From assembly GCA_949300375.1 (NCBI GenBank), contig CASGEB010000001.1, positions 12,468-76,467 on the forward strand: a stretch of 64,000 bases of DNA, given 5' to 3'. This document shows, one piece after another, positions 63,416 through 64,000 of this stretch. Numbering within the stretch: position 1 is the first letter of the stretch; every line of letters begins with the position of its first letter. Source of the DNA: an uncultured Pseudomonadota bacterium. Its GTDB lineage: Bacteria; Pseudomonadota; Alphaproteobacteria; RF32; CAG-239. The notes below the pieces were generated by a model. It saw only the letters and a program-made list of their open reading frames with translations, was not told the origin of the DNA and made no database searches. The position numbers and the translations under genes were made by a program.

Positions 63416-64000
63416 TTATTCGCGGTTAATTTCGGCCAAAATCTTCTTCTCGATTTCCGGCTGGTCTTGCTTGGCCTCAATAACCTCTTTGCGGATTTTC
63501 TGCGTACGGGAAAAAAGCTCAAACAGCTTATCGCCTTCATCCCAGCGGATATTGCGTTCCAAAGCAATTAAATCCTCAACAAAACGCTGAATAAGCTCCA
63601 AAATTGTTTCTTTGTTATTCAGCAGGATATCCCGCCACATTGTCGGATCAGAACCGGCAATCCGGGTAAAATCCCGAAAACCGGAGGCTGAATATTTTAT
63701 AATTTCCTGCTGTTCATAGCCTTCCAAATCAGCCACCGTCCCGACAATGGAAAAGGCGATCAGGTGCGGAAGATGGGAAACCGCCGCCATCACCTTGTCA
63801 TGATGTTCGGGCGTCATGGTATCAATCTTCATTTTGGCTGCCCGCCACATTTCAGAAATTTTTTCCAACGCCGCGGACGTTGCGAATTTTCCTGGCGTCA
63901 AAATGCACCAGCGCCCTTCAAACAATTCCAGAAAACCGGCTTCCGGACCGGATTTTTCCGTACCGGCCACCGGATGCCCGGGAATATAAACAATACCGCT
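63416..64000 (-). CDS. Prephenate/arogenate (cyclohexadienyl) dehydrogenase, C-terminal part (5' end lies beyond the window)
   Basis: SHLPHLIAFSIVGT and GFRDFTRIAGSDPTMWRDI are typical of the TyrA family. The ORF runs off the window end. Confidence 0.85.
   Translation of the reverse strand, partial: SGIVYIPGHPVAGTEKSGPEAGFLELFEGRWCILTPGKFATSAALEKISEMWRAAKMKIDTMTPEHHDKVMAAVSHLPHLIAFSIVGTVADLEGYEQQEIIKYSASGFRDFTRIAGSDPTMWRDILLNNKETILELIQRFVEDLIALERNIRWDEGDKLFELFSRTQKIRKEVIEAKQDQPEIEKKILAEINRE

Noticed and set aside
1-64000. CRISPR arrays, IS elements or transposases, prophage genes, and known defence systems (RM, TA pairs, CBASS, retrons).
   Set aside because: No regularly spaced short direct repeats were seen. 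None of the ORF translations showed transposase, integrase, phage-structural or defence-family motifs.

Overview
This 64-kb chromosomal segment looks alphaproteobacterial. Supporting evidence is an alpha-type AddA/AddB pair, the DUF3576-leuS-lptE-holA block, a YlxR-L7Ae fusion between nusA and infB, and rpmH-rnpA-yidD-yidC-engB. The host is probably a host-associated lineage of moderate to low GC; this is inference, and GC was judged by eye only. About 65 protein genes are supported and most are housekeeping: nusA, infB, ftsH, trxA, addAB, rdgB, rph, grpE, fabGD, ftsK, a membrane pyrophosphatase, an Mla/MCE-like ABC system, rpmB, dnaB, holA, lptE, leuS, rsmB, an LptG-like permease and a partial prephenate dehydrogenase. 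One tRNA-Arg(CCG) is present. No rRNA, CRISPR array, IS transposase or prophage was seen. The most unusual content is listed here. (1) A family of nested palindromic intergenic elements lies at four loci (about 19.6, 25.5, 54.0 and 62.1 kb). Compensatory base changes preserve two stacked stems, and the conserved GTAAAA end abuts or supplies the stop codon of four minus-strand genes. (2) An 80-nt, 79/80-identical duplication of the tRNA-Arg 3' end plus its terminator brackets a GC-rich patchwork of tRNA-like fragments. (3) A copper-type CsoR repressor is co-transcribed with a 61-aa, 16-Cys metallothionein-like gene, behind a promoter carrying two TACC..GGTA palindromes. (4) A second Cys-rich protein lies divergent from two tandem YcgN/UPF0260 genes. 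(5) An orphan VirB2/TrbC-like pilin gene has a consensus promoter. (6) A protein of about 524 aa carries a C-terminal GH108-like muramidase module. (7) An oversized GT5 glycogen-synthase-like gene sits at the head of the rph-rdgB block. (8) Several AT-rich islets of uncharacterised genes are present. I could not identify a recognisable defence or secretion system, so the novelty claims below are hypotheses that need database searches.
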